The notes beneath the pieces were generated by a model, which searched no databases, was not told the origin of the DNA, and saw only the letters and a program-made list of their open reading frames with translations. DNA of 62,783 bases, counting the filler, from Globobulimina sp. (taxonomy: Eukaryota), in assembly GCA_003354225.1 (NCBI GenBank). It is 8 parts of 8 records of this genome, joined end to end, with 100 filler letters (N's around TTAATTAATTAA, not from the genome) between each part and the next. Parts side by side here need not be neighbours in the genome. Positions count along the whole stretch, not along the records: positions 55,053 to 62,783 come from PIVH01000126.1; 7 more parts are not named here. One strand, 5' to 3'. A program made the translations under genes and the position numbers. Shown here in pieces: positions 60,275 through 62,783 of the stretch (its first letter is position 1; the number at the start of each line of letters is the position of its first letter).

Positions 60275-62783
60275 ATGGATACGAAACACGTGTATCAGGA
60301 TAAAGAGAATATAAGCCCTCAAGATCATACATTAATACTTGAAGAGCATAATATGAATATAAGCAATATCAGCAGAATAAGCAGAAAAGCATCAAAGAAA
60401 TATGAATTCGAATCGGAATGTACATTAAACATTCAATCAATAAGACAAGAAAATAAATTATTAAAAAAAGAAATTAATTCACAAAAAGAACAGTTACAGA
60501 CATTAGCTGTTGGCATTGAACAACAAAATGAAAAAAATGCAAAATTACAACATGGTATTTTTTGTGTTTCTTTTTTCCGCTCTTTTTATATATTTAATTC
60601 CGACAGAAACAGCATCATTGCAACAGCAGTTGCAATCCCTTGGCGATTCTTGCTGGAATGATGCTAATTTGATGGCAAAATTATGCAAAAAATTAGGAAT
60701 TAATTCGCGTGATTATAGCCACAATTTAAATGGCCTAATTACGTTTGTCTCTGATTACAATGACATGAAACACAAATTATCCAATGACGCACAAGAGATT
60801 GAGAGATATAAAAAAGAAATTGCAACCCTCGAAAGTAAGCATTTTGAGAAAGCAGAGTTATTACACATTGAGTCATTACGTGCAGAGAATGAGAATCTGA
60901 GGAAAGAAATCTGTATTTTAGAAGACTCGAATAGCAAATTAGCAAATGATTTAATCCAGAAATCCGGAGAAGCAATGAAAGAAATTCAATCAAAATACAA
61001 TAGAAAAGAAAAAGAATACGAGAAAAAAATCGCAAAAATAAAGCGTGAGAAAAAAGCCTACCAACATAAGTGCCAACACTTTAAAAAAGAAACCAATGGC
61101 TTTGCCACCAAATATGAAGAACTAAGCCAACAACATAGCGAATTGCAGACTAATTACTCGCAGACGGCCAAGAGTGACGATATTGATGTATTAAAACGGG
61201 AAAACATGAAATTAAAATCAGGCAACAAGGCAATGCATTCGCAGGTGGACCACGTGAAAAAGGCATATTCAGCTTTACATAACAAACATGAGATAATCAG
61301 TAAGAAATATGAGATATTAAAGGAAGACTGGCAGCGGCTAAACACAGCGCGGTCCAACGCAATGGAGAAAGTGTGCGAGTCAGAAAATAAAGCCTCTTCA
61401 TTACAGCTAACCATCGAGCAATTAAATAAAGACAATAAGAAAGAGGACAGTGTGGTGGAGGAAGAGATTCATTTATTAAGAGTAGAAAACTCAAACTTAA
61501 AACAAGACCGAGAGACACAGTTGTGTGAAATTGAAGATTTGGAGAACAGGGACAAACAACTCAGGTTTGCCACAAAATGCATCAAGTTTTTGAGTGCACT
61601 CAGATGTTGAATCAAGTGACAATGTCAAAACCTTACACTTTCATACATTCTTTGCAAACTTGTTAGGAAAGAATTGGATGAATGGATAGCAAAATACGAA
61701 GATATAAATAATAAATATGAGTTTGAATCAGCCCAACACGACAATACGCTCAAGAAATTAACTGATTTACGCGCAGTCTGCGATGGCGAAACGAAGTTAA
61801 GTCAGTTGTTACAAGTTAAACAACAGACGATATTGGAATTACAATCCAAGATAAATGAATTAAACACAGTGGCAAATGTTGATGTCGATGAATATAAACC
61901 TTTTCAACAAGAATTGAATGTATTCAATGAGTTACAAAGTAAATATCAATTGTCAACCAACCAAAGTACGCACGTACAAATGCAAGAATTAGTGGCATAT
62001 TTACATCAAACCGACAATGAATGTGCTGCTATTAAAGCAGAGAATGCGTCGTTAAATAATACCATACAGTCCTTAAAAAATAATAAAATGACATTAGCGA
62101 ATTCATTAAAAGTAACACAAGAATGCAATGTAAAATTAAGAGATGAATTATATGCATTCTCCTCAACCGCCGATTTAGTACAGGAACAATTAAAAACGTC
62201 GGCGGTCGCATTGTCGTCCACTACGGACTCAAAACTAACATTACTTCAAGAAATTGACACTCTGCGTCGAACACTAAGCTCTGCGCAGCAACAAATTAAC
62301 AAATTGCAAAATAAAAATTATAATTTACATCATTATAATAACAAATTACAAGAAAAAAATACAAATAAATCCGAGCCCATTGAAACGCCGAAATTGTTGG
62401 ATTCATTCAATAATTTACGTGCAGAAAATGAAGAATTACAGGCCAAAAATCAAGCACTTTGTCAACAATTACAAATCGAGCAAATTAATAAATATGTGCA
62501 AACCTCAAAGTTGTCAAGCAATGTATCAATGGATAATTTAGATAAAGAAACCAATGAAATTAAATTCCAGTCCTTGGTAAAAAGAGGCAAATTATTAACG
62601 GAACAATGTGCTGATTTACATGTTGAAAATAGACGATTAACGCAGAAAATATCTGATTTCGAAGAACAAGCAGTAAATAAAAATAGCACTATGGATGGTA
62701 TTGCTCATGAAACGGTATTGAAAGAATTACGACATCGCAATGAACAGTTATTAAATCAGCTGCGTTCATTACAACAAGACATC
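60275..62783 (+). CDS. Long coiled-coil protein; spliced and 3' partial
   Basis: Heptad-rich E/K/Q/L sequence continuing past 61610 after an intron-like gap to the window end. Confidence 0.7.

Overview
The window is not one locus. It is eight unrelated contigs of about 7.7-7.8 kb, in descending length order, joined by artificial 100-nt spacers (44 N + TTAATTAATTAA + 44 N): 1-7779, 7880-15655, 15756-23520, 23621-31382, 31483-39243, 39344-47103, 47204-54952 and 55053-62783. Six contigs are gene-dense, AT-rich eukaryotic DNA with short GT-AG introns (mostly about 50-80 nt). The gene families and style suggest a protist, possibly a foraminiferan/rhizarian; that is inference. Their genes include a class II HMG-CoA reductase, a RING/TRAF zinc-finger protein, RABL3, a histidine phosphatase, DCAF11, a selenocysteine thioredoxin reductase, SZT2, a kinase, PEBP and a GH3 beta-xylosidase. 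One contig is a nearly complete LINE retrotransposon (ORF1 plus APE-RT-RNase H-CCHC). One is a bacteriophage tail module with a -1 frameshifted tail chaperone. The signals I rate highest: (1) an ORF missed by the track, encoding a V8-like serine protease fused to ubiquitin-like and SAM-like domains; (2) a 22-bp hairpin 6 nt after the Sec UGA of TrxR, with no obvious canonical SECIS; (3) a bacterial-type HMGR with introns and a possible mitochondrial presequence; (4) a foldback-like element with long inverted repeats. All calls come from manual motif recognition; no database searches were run.
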